From the IMG/VR virus record IMGVR_UViG_3300012231_000005, positions 1-44,660 of that record: a DNA stretch of 44,660 bases; one strand, given 5' to 3'. The translations under genes and the position numbers were made by a program. The stretch is from a virus. Lineage: Duplodnaviria > Caudoviricetes. The notes beneath the pieces were generated by a model, which was not told the DNA's origin, searched no databases, and saw nothing but the letters and a program-made list of their open reading frames with translations. Below, piece by piece: positions 10,471 through 19,581 of this stretch; within the stretch, counting starts at the first letter, position 1, and the number at the start of each line of letters is the position of its first letter.

Positions 10471-12817
10471 TTTGCCCTCCAGGCATTTCTTCCGGTGCGT
10501 TCACCTGTGGTGAGGCACTCGGAGCTTTTCCGTTTCCTTTTGTTTTCTGTCCAGCAGCAGCTTGAGCTTCGGCAGCCATTTGTTGCTGCATCATTTGCTG
10601 CTGTTTAATCATCGCATGCGCTTGCATGTGGATGTAAACGTTATTCCAACCTTCAGGGTTATTTACTCTGGCATCAATCCCTGTATCGGAAATCAACCAA
10701 TCACGAATCGTCTGGCCGTGGATATCGTGATCGTCCAACTCTGTATCGACAGGTATCGTAGGACTGCCGTCTGGATTTGGCCCCGATTTGACAAGCATCG
10801 AGATTTCTGTCAATTGCTTATCTCGATCTGCCTTACCGGGAATCTTCAAATCTTCCAAACCGAGTGTCTGATAGACGAATTCCATGTTTGTCGGATGGAA
10901 GACTGTACCAAGTAGAGCCTGATTCTGCGATGAGATAAGTTCCTGAATCGCAGCTTTCTTCTGTGCCCACGATGCAGGGAACTGTTCAGACAATTCAGGC
11001 TCGATATCTGCGATGTTTCCTTCCATCTCAGAGCGACGGAGCCAGACATTTACGAAACCGTCTCCATCCTTCTTTACGAAATTCTCATCGTATTGCAGAT
11101 TCTCTTTAAACATTTTGGTCGCAATCGTCATGACTTGCGGCCACCACGCATTTACCATCTTCCATAAGATTGATAAACGCTGCAAGGCTTGATTGCGAGA
11201 CATTTCGTATTCGGAGGCCGTCCCGCCACCAGCACCGGGGCCACCGTAAACTGAAGGGAAAGCACCTGAAACGAATTGCGCAGCTTCCTTCAATTCACGC
11301 ATGTAGAATTCGACTTCTCGACTCAAACTTGCAGTCTTCATCGTGAAGAAGCTGCTATCTAATCCCATCCCAGGCTTCGCCTTTGCGGGAAGCAAAGTAC
11401 CGGGCATCGATTGATGATTCTTGTAGACATTGAAATCGACTGCATTCGTATCTGCGAAAGTTTCAGGGATACCGTGGCGAATCGTATCCATCGTGAGATC
11501 GTTCAAATCCGTGTACATTTCCTGTACCGGGATTATCGTGTTAGCCACGGGATCGGAATGGATGAATCGGGACATTGGGTTACGAGACAAGACCCAATGA
11601 TCCTCGATTTCATCACCATAGATTTCAGCGACTTGATTCTCGATTATGACAGCGCATAATCCCTTTGGATAAAGACGCTTCAACTCAGCTTCCTTATCCT
11701 TATCCATCAGCATATGATACGCACACTCACGAAGCCAGGTATGCTTTACCGTGACGTAGAATGTCGGTTGACTTTCATACTCGACTGGAATGCGTGCCCA
11801 TGCATTGTTCTCGTAAATGTCTCCCGCCACTGTCTTCAAATCCAACTTTGGATATAGACTTCTTAGAACTGAGAGATGGACTTCCTGTTCTAACGACAGA
11901 AAAGGAGTATCTGGAAGTCTACGGCATCCAAGCGGAACCGTAACGTGGCGAGGCCCATACAATTCTATAATGACTCGGCCTTTATGCTCTTCATCAACCC
12001 TGTCCAAAACCACCACTTCTTGCTGCTGCTCGATTGGTTCCGGTTGTACATTTTCCCCACAAGTTTCGCAGTACTGACCCGGATTCATCGGATCCTGAGA
12101 CATTGGATCTATTGGATCCATCATCGAACCACAACCCGGACAGATGTGATAAGTTTCGGTAGACATTTCGGTACGATATTTCTCGACAGGATACGTACCG
12201 TACTTTTCACTCTTCTTCCAATGCACGAACCCAGCGACAAAGTCCTCGGTCGATAAAATGTGAAGAGCCTCGATCAAGAGCATCGGTGCGAGATTCGTCT
12301 TTTCGACGAAATCCGCAACTTTTGTGAAGGCTCGTGCAGTCATCAAATCTGATGGATCGTCTGCGTCTCTCGGAAAGAATCGAGTTGTCGGAATGGCACT
12401 CGACAAAGCACCGACAATCGAATCGACATGAGCCTTGACGATATTTATGATACCGTCAAGTTTCTCATTCTCCATGTTCAAGCTTTCCATCTCTTGCGAC
12501 GTGAGACTGGAAGCTGAACGATACGAGGTAGAACCTTCATCCCAGAACAATCTTTGAATGCCACGATACATCAACTCATTACGACGCCACACCGCAGTCT
12601 TGAATCGACGAACTTCCACCTCCCGATGCTCAATCATATCGATCAAGCTCTTGACATTTCCGGCTAATTGGTCAATGTCTGACTGATTTGGATCCTGCGA
12701 TTCAGGATCTGTCAAATCGATCGCCTGATTTTCAGGGATTTCAGGAATCTCTGGCTGCATTTCAGCCATCATCTCCATCGGATCGATTTCTTCAGGAATC
12801 GGAGGAATCGGAGTCAT
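10460..12817 (-). CDS. Portal protein (P22-like) with zinc-ribbon insertion
   Basis: 785 aa; INIVKAHVDSIVG, DDHDIH and Q-rich tail typical of podovirus-type portals; CPGCG...CETCG insertion. Confidence 0.8.
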   Translation of the reverse strand: MTPIPPIPEEIDPMEMMAEMQPEIPEIPENQAIDLTDPESQDPNQSDIDQLAGNVKSLIDMIEHREVEVRRFKTAVWRRNELMYRGIQRLFWDEGSTSYRSASSLTSQEMESLNMENEKLDGIINIVKAHVDSIVGALSSAIPTTRFFPRDADDPSDLMTARAFTKVADFVEKTNLAPMLLIEALHILSTEDFVAGFVHWKKSEKYGTYPVEKYRTEMSTETYHICPGCGSMMDPIDPMSQDPMNPGQYCETCGENVQPEPIEQQQEVVVLDRVDEEHKGRVIIELYGPRHVTVPLGCRRLPDTPFLSLEQEVHLSVLRSLYPKLDLKTVAGDIYENNAWARIPVEYESQPTFYVTVKHTWLRECAYHMLMDKDKEAELKRLYPKGLCAVIIENQVAEIYGDEIEDHWVLSRNPMSRFIHSDPVANTIIPVQEMYTDLNDLTMDTIRHGIPETFADTNAVDFNVYKNHQSMPGTLLPAKAKPGMGLDSSFFTMKTASLSREVEFYMRELKEAAQFVSGAFPSVYGGPGAGGGTASEYEMSRNQALQRLSILWKMVNAWWPQVMTIATKMFKENLQYDENFVKKDGDGFVNVWLRRSEMEGNIADIEPELSEQFPASWAQKKAAIQELISSQNQALLGTVFHPTNMEFVYQTLGLEDLKIPGKADRDKQLTEISMLVKSGPNPDGSPTIPVDTELDDHDIHGQTIRDWLISDTGIDARVNNPEGWNNVYIHMQAHAMIKQQQMMQQQMAAEAQAAAGQKTKGNGKAPSASPQVNAPEEMPGGQNAG

Positions 12818-13268
12818 TCAGCTTTTCTTTAGCAGCTTTTCGCCGCATCGCCTCGATCTTACGCTTCTTTACACTCCACGGCTCGAATCCTGCTACAAGG
12901 TTCAGACTTGAAAAGTCTGGAGGGTTAGGACTTTCCAGATTTTCCAGTGTCAAGTACGCTTTCCGATACAAATCCCTCTCCTGAGTCATCAACTGAAGTT
13001 GATTTTTCAGGAAATCAACGTACTCCAGGGTTAGGTTTCTTTCCGGATTTCGGGTCAGGAGTTTCCGGCAACTCATGATCGGGACGAGGACGATTCTCAA
13101 AGATCGGCTGAGAAGGCTTTGCAGGATTTTCAGGAAGTTCCTGGTCGGGTTGAGGATTACACCCACAAACTTTCGCGTTGATGTAGCCAACGTGGGCACA
13201 TCCATCTGCATGATGTCCAGAAAGGATTTCCATCTTTGAGACATCTGAGCAGGAGTATTGCGGATCAT
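12792..13268 (-). CDS. Hypothetical coiled-coil protein between terminase and portal
   Basis: C-terminal coiled coil (FLKNQLQLMTQERDLY..WSVKKRKIEA); start uncertain. Confidence 0.5.
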   Translation of the reverse strand: MIRNTPAQMSQRWKSFLDIMQMDVPTLATSTRKFVGVILNPTRNFLKILQSLLSRSLRIVLVPIMSCRKLLTRNPERNLTLEYVDFLKNQLQLMTQERDLYRKAYLTLENLESPNPPDFSSLNLVAGFEPWSVKKRKIEAMRRKAAKEKLNDSDSSDS

Positions 13269-13282
13269 GCTTTTGATGTGGC

Positions 13283-14947
13283 TTAACTTTGGAGCCTTCG
13301 ACTAGACATTTTTCGTATGCCATAGTAACCATGTCTCCTATGCAATTGAATGGGAACGACCTTCGAATTAGCCTCGTATCGTCTCATCTTGGCGTAGAAA
13401 CTTGTAGCGTCCTGAGTTACTCGGAAGCTCTCAAGAATCGCCGCCTTTTCTTGGATTTTCTTATGTTCAGCTTTCGATTCTTCAAGGTAGCGATGGACTG
13501 CTTTGATTCCATATCGAATTGAATCAAGCGGATCGTCTCCGGTGAATTTCTCAATATCCTCTGGATCTCGCTCAGCATGAACCGCAAGCGGGATCGTGTT
13601 GATGAGGTCAGTACATGACTTGAATATTTGTAATCGAGGGAGATTTGTCTCTTCTTTTTCAGGCTGAAATAGACGTAGATAGTCGTCTCGCTCTTTTTCG
13701 CCTCGGATTCGGAGGATCCACTGCTCTCTTTCCTGAGAGTATCCTTCCTTTGGAACGTACCGTTTAGACTTCTGTCTCCATCGCAGGAAATCTCGAATAA
13801 GCATCCATCCTGATCGACGGGAATTGTCGGCATCTTCCAAGTCCCATCCCGTGTATCTAGAGACTTGCTCTTTTATCGTTTCCTCTTGACCTCTTTCCTG
13901 TTTCGAAGAAGGGTCAATGATAAACGCTACGATATTCCCATCGAATTGACTCAATCGCGCAGCTTGCGGTGCCCAGTCTGAGATCAAGGTTTTGCGGCAA
14001 ACCAACTCACGATAAACAAAAGCTCGCTCATCAGGAGAAACAGAGATCCAATAAACTGCATTCTTATGATCGAATCCCCAGTCAATGGAGATAATTTTCG
14101 GCCAGTAACTCGGGACATCAAAATCATCACAGACATGGAGAGCATTGTCAGGTTCCGATGGAAAGTGGATAGATCGAAACTCGGTGAAGTACTGTCCCGA
14201 GAAAGTCCACCAATCTCCTTCTTTTAGCGCTTTTCGCTCAGCTTCCGGTAGAAGTTCGAGACGATTCGTATAATTCGGATCTGCTTCATTCAGGTGCGGG
14301 TTGTCAGATAGCTTCGCTGGGATGAAGATCCGCTTGATAATCTCTGAATTTGGTAATTTCGCATGAATGATCTTATAACCGAATTTATGCGGCTCAACGA
14401 ATCGCTGTCTAACCCATAAATGTCCGATATCTCCAGGATTCGAGGCGCTTCGGATAATCGCCGGAAGCATTGGATCGGAAGATCGGACTCGGGATGTAAG
14501 GTAAGTGTACATGAATTCGGTGAATGTAGTAAGCTCATCAAAGGCGGCATAATTATACTCCGCCGATTTATGATCGAGTGCATCTTCATCACGATCCATG
14601 TAGGAAAAGCGCATCGTGGCGCCGCTTGGAAATGTCCAGACGTGTTTCTGATCGTTATACTTTCCGCCGAAATCGTAGTAGCTTGGTCCCTGTACGCCGA
14701 TTTGGGTTTTGCTTCTTAAGATTAGACTTTCTTCTAACTGCGGGAATGTCCTTCTGAAGATAATTCCCTTGAATGCTGGGTTCTTGTAGAAACCTCTGAC
14801 TAGTGGTAACATAAGAAGAGCATCGCTCTTCCCACCACCCGCGGCTCCCCCGTAGAATCCCTCGAAAATGGAGTCCGGCAGAGCGAGAAACTTTTCTTGC
14901 GGACCTGGATTCGGTCGCCATTCGCGTGTTGGAGTTTCTTCTGACAT
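13283..14947 (-). CDS. terL: Terminase large subunit
   Basis: PNPGPQ adenine-binding motif, Walker A GGAAGGGKS, Walker B AAFDEL, ASNPG motif III, nuclease IDWGF ... DDPLDSIRY. Confidence 0.95.
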   Translation of the reverse strand: MSEETPTREWRPNPGPQEKFLALPDSIFEGFYGGAAGGGKSDALLMLPLVRGFYKNPAFKGIIFRRTFPQLEESLILRSKTQIGVQGPSYYDFGGKYNDQKHVWTFPSGATMRFSYMDRDEDALDHKSAEYNYAAFDELTTFTEFMYTYLTSRVRSSDPMLPAIIRSASNPGDIGHLWVRQRFVEPHKFGYKIIHAKLPNSEIIKRIFIPAKLSDNPHLNEADPNYTNRLELLPEAERKALKEGDWWTFSGQYFTEFRSIHFPSEPDNALHVCDDFDVPSYWPKIISIDWGFDHKNAVYWISVSPDERAFVYRELVCRKTLISDWAPQAARLSQFDGNIVAFIIDPSSKQERGQEETIKEQVSRYTGWDLEDADNSRRSGWMLIRDFLRWRQKSKRYVPKEGYSQEREQWILRIRGEKERDDYLRLFQPEKEETNLPRLQIFKSCTDLINTIPLAVHAERDPEDIEKFTGDDPLDSIRYGIKAVHRYLEESKAEHKKIQEKAAILESFRVTQDATSFYAKMRRYEANSKVVPIQLHRRHGYYGIRKMSSRRLQS

Positions 14948-14980
14948 CTATCTTATTTCACGTTGGCCCACGGGCCTCGG

Positions 14981-15517
14981 TTAATCGATAATCTGAGCTT
15001 CCACTTCGATTACACCGTAATCACGTTCTGATGCGAGTCGAGGCGCATAGATTAAAACCTTTACATCCTGACCGCTTCCATGTCTACCCGAAACTTTCTC
15101 ATGCACGGCAGCCATATCTTTCGCAGCAGCAGAAATGTCACGCAACTTTGTCGCAGTTTTCGCCGCCTCGGGAACACGACCGAGCAAATCCATAAGATTG
15201 TCTAACGCTTTCTCAGACGAAGTCTTACGTCTTTGCTCGGCAATGTCGATGAGCTTTTCATCAGCCTTCCTTGCGGAAGTCTTTCCTCTTTCAATGTTTG
15301 AAACGGTCATTTGGCTGACGCCAAAGCTTTCAGCTATTTCCTTCTGCGTAGACTCATCCGCAGTCATCCCGATCAGAGCCTTCAACTCTTTTGGGATGGC
15401 TACATCTCCCGGTTTCCGACCTTGATTTTCATGCATTGTCCGATGCTGGACAAGCATGTTGACGAGATTGTCCTCACGATTCAGACGATTTTCCGCTTCT
15501 TCGTCTGTAAGTTCCAT
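14981..15517 (-). CDS. Probable terminase small subunit (HTH)
   Basis: HTH TQKEIAESFGVSQMTVSNIERG; directly upstream of terL; start moved to ATG 15517 with AGGAG RBS. Confidence 0.6.
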   Translation of the reverse strand: MELTDEEAENRLNREDNLVNMLVQHRTMHENQGRKPGDVAIPKELKALIGMTADESTQKEIAESFGVSQMTVSNIERGKTSARKADEKLIDIAEQRRKTSSEKALDNLMDLLGRVPEAAKTATKLRDISAAAKDMAAVHEKVSGRHGSGQDVKVLIYAPRLASERDYGVIEVEAQIID

Positions 15518-15593
15518 CTGTTTGTCTCCTACTTCAACTTCACTTGCGCCAACTTCATTTAACGTCGGCGCAAACGCCTCGGTTATTTCCAAT

Positions 15594-15950
15594 CTACGTC
15601 GCCGGAACGTTCGACTGTCCCTGAACGCCAGTCGCAACCGCAGCGGCTAATTCATCAACATTATCACGAATCGCTTCCGCCTCAGCAGGATGATCGAGAA
15701 CGTAGATCACGAGATATCGGACACAATCCTTGATGTTGCTTAATCCTGTGATATGCTGCTTCAAACCGATTGCATCGACAGACAGCTTCTTCTTTTCCTT
15801 CTTCGGCTTCGCGGCTTCCGCTTCAGCCTTCTTTTCGGCAGCCTTCTCGTCTGCATCAGCTTTCTTTTCTGCAGCAGCTTCAGATTTCTTTGCCTTCTCA
15901 GCAGCCTCTTCAGCCTGAATCTCGTCGAAGGTCTTCTTTTCGGTAGTCAT
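15594..15950 (-). CDS. Hypothetical A/E/K-rich protein
   Basis: AGGAG RBS before ATG 15950. Confidence 0.6.
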   Translation of the reverse strand: MTTEKKTFDEIQAEEAAEKAKKSEAAAEKKADADEKAAEKKAEAEAAKPKKEKKKLSVDAIGLKQHITGLSNIKDCVRYLVIYVLDHPAEAEAIRDNVDELAAAVATGVQGQSNVPAT

Positions 15951-15961
15951 CCCTTTATCTC

Positions 15962-16189
15962 CTAGCAAACTTTCCAAGGCGGCGGACACGGCGTTTGATC
16001 TGGATACGGCGTAGCGTCGATTGGTTCTGGACTTATCGGTAATTGTCTTGGTGTCGAAAACCCAACGATCATCGCGGCTAATGCTGCTATTCCCAACATG
16101 ATTATCAAAGCCCAGAAAACTGGTTGCTTATTCCAATACTGCTTGACCCAAAAGGCAAAAGTCAAGAAGATCGCAGGCCACGGTTTCAT
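15962..16189 (-). CDS. Small membrane protein with Pro-rich tail (possible lysis accessory)
   Basis: TM segment VFWALIIMLGIAALAAMIVGF. Confidence 0.55.
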   Translation of the reverse strand: MKPWPAIFLTFAFWVKQYWNKQPVFWALIIMLGIAALAAMIVGFSTPRQLPISPEPIDATPYPDQTPCPPPWKVC

Positions 16190-17014
16190 CTATCGGATAC
16201 GATACTGCAATTCCTGCGGCTCATCATCAGGAAATGGCTCAGCTTTTCTAGATGCAGATGTAGTCATTAAGGCAGGAGATCGTCCATCTCCACGAATCGC
16301 CCACGGCATTCCGAAATCGTTAGATCTCGCACCGTTCGACGCCTCGAACCAGATTCGGATACTGGAACGGACAGAAGGTGCATCGAATACGAGAATCGGG
16401 AAATGACCGTTACTTCGAATATAATCACCACCCGCAGTCTGTCCACCCTGGATGATTACCCAAGATTCAGGTTGAGGATTTTCCTTCGTAAGAACAACTT
16501 CCTCTTCAAGTCCAGTCTCTTCATTCTTACGAATGACATGGATCTTGGGAAAAGGAAACTCGATACAGTTAGTCGGCATCGGATCCGCGCTGATTCGGAC
16601 ATTAGCCGCAGGAGGAAATCCCATCAAACCTTGACGAATCATTTCCGTTTCATGCGGAGTAGATTCACCTTCAGGAACTCCTTGTGCAGAATCACCTTTA
16701 AACCAATTATGATAAACAACGTGGATACCTGCACGAATCCACTGTTCATAAACTAATGTAGGCGGACCACCGGGAGGCCCAGGATCAATTCCTGGCGGAG
16801 GCGCAACGATAATCGGTGGAGGATTGATTACTGCGGGAGGTTTCGGATCCGGCTGGAAATAAGCGAGGATTCTTTCGATAAGTGCAGCGAGTAACTTTTC
16901 TATAATACCGTTGATAAGTTCAGGAGGAAGTTCGAATCGTGGCGCTGCGACTGCTCGTGAATCAATCGAAGGATTTTCCATTTCCTTATCAAGAGCCTTC
17001 AAATCATCAGTCAT
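16190..17014 (-). CDS. Hypothetical protein: amphipathic helix, Pro-rich linker, globular C-domain
   Basis: Start moved to ATG 17014 (ATGA overlap with upstream small ORF). Confidence 0.6.
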   Translation of the reverse strand: MTDDLKALDKEMENPSIDSRAVAAPRFELPPELINGIIEKLLAALIERILAYFQPDPKPPAVINPPPIIVAPPPGIDPGPPGGPPTLVYEQWIRAGIHVVYHNWFKGDSAQGVPEGESTPHETEMIRQGLMGFPPAANVRISADPMPTNCIEFPFPKIHVIRKNEETGLEEEVVLTKENPQPESWVIIQGGQTAGGDYIRSNGHFPILVFDAPSVRSSIRIWFEASNGARSNDFGMPWAIRGDGRSPALMTTSASRKAEPFPDDEPQELQYRIR

Positions 17015-17121
17015 TCCACAATCTCCGGAGTCGGTAAGGGTTTCGGTATCTCTCGGCAAATCGCTATCGCGCAGCCGGTCAGGGATATTAGCAAAACAAC
17101 GTAGAGACAAATCCTAATCAC
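17011..17121 (-). CDS. Small lipoprotein (36 aa), not in ORF track
   Basis: GTG start overlapping upstream stop; MIRICLYVVLLISLTG-CAIAICREIPKPLPTPEIVE has a lipobox LTGC. Confidence 0.55.
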   Translation of the reverse strand: MIRICLYVVLLISLTGCAIAICREIPKPLPTPEIVE

Positions 17122-17276
17122 TTGATGCTAGCTGAGCCACCGAATTGTAGAAGGAAGACAAACAGACCTGCGAAGAAAGCTAACTTGCCAATCTCAGCAG
17201 CCTTTGCAGGAGGATCTGCAAACCAATAGAATGCTAAGCCGAGTATACAAATCAGAAGCGACAGATAGATTTGCAT
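17118..17276 (-). CDS. Two-TM membrane protein (52 aa), holin-like, not in ORF track
   Basis: AAGGAGG RBS; MQIYLSLLICILGLAFYWFADPPAKAAEIGKLAFFAGLFVFLLQFGGSASIK. Confidence 0.65.
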   Translation of the reverse strand: MQIYLSLLICILGLAFYWFADPPAKAAEIGKLAFFAGLFVFLLQFGGSASIK

Positions 17277-17286
17277 CTTGTCCTCC

Positions 17287-17733
17287 TTATCGACAAAGCT
17301 CGCAATCGGTCGGGGCGCCGCTCTTACTGCATTCAGCGTTTTTGACAGTCACGGTCTGCGCTCGGAACCAAGTGCAATACTTATTATGATTGTAATCTAT
17401 TGTAGCCTCGAAATAGCTTTGAACCTGTGTAGCTACGAGATTAAAAGTGATATATTCTTCTCGACCTGCCTGCGTCAAAGGAAAGATTCTCGCATTTGCT
17501 GTACGAGCCTGTGCCGCTGTACAGGATGAGGAAATACCTGCTGCTGTACATGCTTGAGCTTGTGTGCATCCTGATGCTTGATTGAAATTGATACAAGTTC
17601 TATCATTGACTGAATTAACTACGACATTCAGTCTAGAGACTTGTGGAGCGGATGCGTTGAGAGTATATGTCTCCTGCGTTGCCGCGCTCTGCGCTCCAAG
17701 GAGCAAGATAAAGGCAAACAGAAACTTCTTCAT
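17287..17733 (-). CDS. Secreted Cys-rich protein (Sec signal peptide, 8 Cys)
   Basis: AAGGAG RBS, ATG 17733; MKKFLFAFILLLGAQSAA signal. Confidence 0.75.
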   Translation of the reverse strand: MKKFLFAFILLLGAQSAATQETYTLNASAPQVSRLNVVVNSVNDRTCINFNQASGCTQAQACTAAGISSSCTAAQARTANARIFPLTQAGREEYITFNLVATQVQSYFEATIDYNHNKYCTWFRAQTVTVKNAECSKSGAPTDCELCR

Positions 17734-17743
17734 CACACGCTCC

Positions 17744-18634
17744 TTAAATGAGTGTCCGCCAACCGTAAACTGATCCAGCGTCTTTCGCACAAACTCTAAA
17801 GGTATCAGGAGTACCAGCGACAAACATTACTAAACCGGCAGTTGTAGCATCGCAGGTTGGTTCTGTTCCTGCGATATATTGAATTCCACCACCATTAGGA
17901 ATTACAACGACGTCAGTACTATTATCTTTGAAGCGTGCGATTGCATGGGTTGTAGCTTGATTGTCAGCAACAAGAGCAGCTAGACCAGGAGTTAAATTCC
18001 AGGGGGTTGAATTATCTCCAGCTAAGGCAAGAACTCCAACCGCATGAGTGGATCCATCCCTAGAAGATCCAATCACTCCAATATCTAGTAAAGTGTTTGA
18101 AGTAGAAAGAGCACGCCCCCATACTGCTAAGTTTTTATTAGTTGTGATACTGCAGCTATTGCTACAAGTTGTCTGTCCATGAACACCAATCAAGATTTTA
18201 TTGGTAGTACCTACTGCACCCGATCCAATTATTCCATAGCTTTGAGCAGCAGCCCCTGCTGCTGATCCTTGACTTTGTATTCCAATTACAGCGCCAGTGC
18301 TAGTATTTCCAGTAGCTATTAAGTTGATTCCCCATTGACTAGAGACAGTGTTTCCTGCAGGGACATTTATATCTAATGCCTTTGTACCAGCTGTAGAATT
18401 ACGTCTAAAGATAAATGTATTAGTACCAGCGGCGCTTGTATCAGTTGTCAGGAAAGGATCATCAGTTAACAGTCCAGTCGGTCCGGTAAAAAGGATACGA
18501 TTCGCAGTTCCACCTGTGACAGGATTACCTAGAGAAATTCCCCCCGCACTTGCAAGTTGTATTTCTGCGTTTACAAAAGGAGCAGATACGATTAAACCGA
18601 TGAGAAAGCCGATTAGATTACTTCTGACTTTCAC
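17744..18634 (-). CDS. Fibre/adhesin-like protein with Sec signal peptide
   Basis: MKVRSNLIGFLIGLIVSAPFVNA|E; GGTANRILF fibre motif; xGxxG beta-repeats; C-terminal PTC...RVC...W knob. Confidence 0.7.
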   Translation of the reverse strand: MKVRSNLIGFLIGLIVSAPFVNAEIQLASAGGISLGNPVTGGTANRILFTGPTGLLTDDPFLTTDTSAAGTNTFIFRRNSTAGTKALDINVPAGNTVSSQWGINLIATGNTSTGAVIGIQSQGSAAGAAAQSYGIIGSGAVGTTNKILIGVHGQTTCSNSCSITTNKNLAVWGRALSTSNTLLDIGVIGSSRDGSTHAVGVLALAGDNSTPWNLTPGLAALVADNQATTHAIARFKDNSTDVVVIPNGGGIQYIAGTEPTCDATTAGLVMFVAGTPDTFRVCAKDAGSVYGWRTLI

Positions 18635-18788
18635 TTTGTACCGCCTTCGGTTGATTCTGATTTAAAACCTTCACGATTTCCCATAAGACTTTATGATCTT
18701 GATACATCGTGTATCCGACGAGAAAGATTAAGGCTCCTATCAAAGCGCCGAGCATTCCCTTTAAGAATGCTTTATCCAATCCCATCAT
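18618..18788 (-). CDS. Single-TM membrane protein (56 aa), not in ORF track
   Basis: MMGLDKAFLKGMLGALIGALIFLVGYTMYQDHKVLWEIVKVLNQNQPKAVQSESQK; fills the gap between two genes. Confidence 0.6.
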   Translation of the reverse strand: MMGLDKAFLKGMLGALIGALIFLVGYTMYQDHKVLWEIVKVLNQNQPKAVQSESQK

Positions 18789-19139
18789 CTACGCATTTTT
18801 CAAGGCTAAGATACGAACCGTAGCCGTAGTAGCCGGGGCGCAGATGATTCCGAAACCTGTCCATCCAGAATTGTTGTCTTTGTCGATTGAGACTGAAAGT
18901 GTCTCTCCGACTTTCAACTCGAAATTAGAAACGGTAGCCGTAGGACTCGAGAAATTGACGAAAGCAGACGCGGCCCCATCGTTTTTCAGGACGATCGATG
19001 TCGCATTGAACCCGAAAGAGACAGAAGTGTTTGTGGAAGTGGCCGAGATCGATGTACTGTATTGCTGCCCCGACTGAGCGAAAGAGAGGCTCGATATCAG
19101 AAAGATAAGAAGCGCCACGGATGAGACTCTAAATCTCAT
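18789..19139 (-). CDS. Small beta-sandwich (spike-base/decoration-like) protein with Sec signal peptide
   Basis: AGGAGG RBS; MRFRVSSVALLIFLISSLSFA|Q; SIVLKNDG..AFVNF..FELKVGETL beta pattern. Confidence 0.7.
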   Translation of the reverse strand: MRFRVSSVALLIFLISSLSFAQSGQQYSTSISATSTNTSVSFGFNATSIVLKNDGAASAFVNFSSPTATVSNFELKVGETLSVSIDKDNNSGWTGFGIICAPATTATVRILALKNA

Positions 19140-19196
19140 ACAATTCCTCCTGACAATCGAAAAGATACGTGAAGAGTTACGGCTGCCGCTAAGGAC

Positions 19197-19225
19197 AAGG
19201 TACGACTGACGAGCAAGGAAGTCAA
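19197..19225 (-). promoter_or_regulatory. Leftward sigma70-type promoter for the late arm
   Basis: Minus strand TTGACT-N17-TACCTT. Confidence 0.6.
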
Positions 19226-19509
19226 GGAGTTTAATTGTTCATCATTAAAGTAATTTATGGGACCCTATTTATTTAATGAATAAGTTTCAATCATTTATAC
19301 ATTTGATAGACAGTCTCCCCCGGTCCCGTTGGATGAGACTCTTGCATTTTGGTTGTGGTTTCGATTCGATTCGAAACGGTACGGAATCCCGAATGATCCC
19401 GAATCATCATTCCGAATCCCAACGCTCGCCGAATCCAATCGACCGTCGCGCCGTTGCGCCCACGTCCGGTTGCCGGACGGCGGACCCGAAAAGAAAGACG
19501 CCGGATCGC

Positions 19510-19537
19510 TTGACATTCAGCTAGCGCGGCCTAGATT
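19510..19537 (+). promoter_or_regulatory. Sigma70-type promoter for 19582..19977
   Basis: TTGACA-N16-TAGATT. Confidence 0.55.
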
Positions 19538-19581
19538 GTCAGTAGGTCGCCGGAACAAAGGGCGACGGGAGAAAAAGCGAA

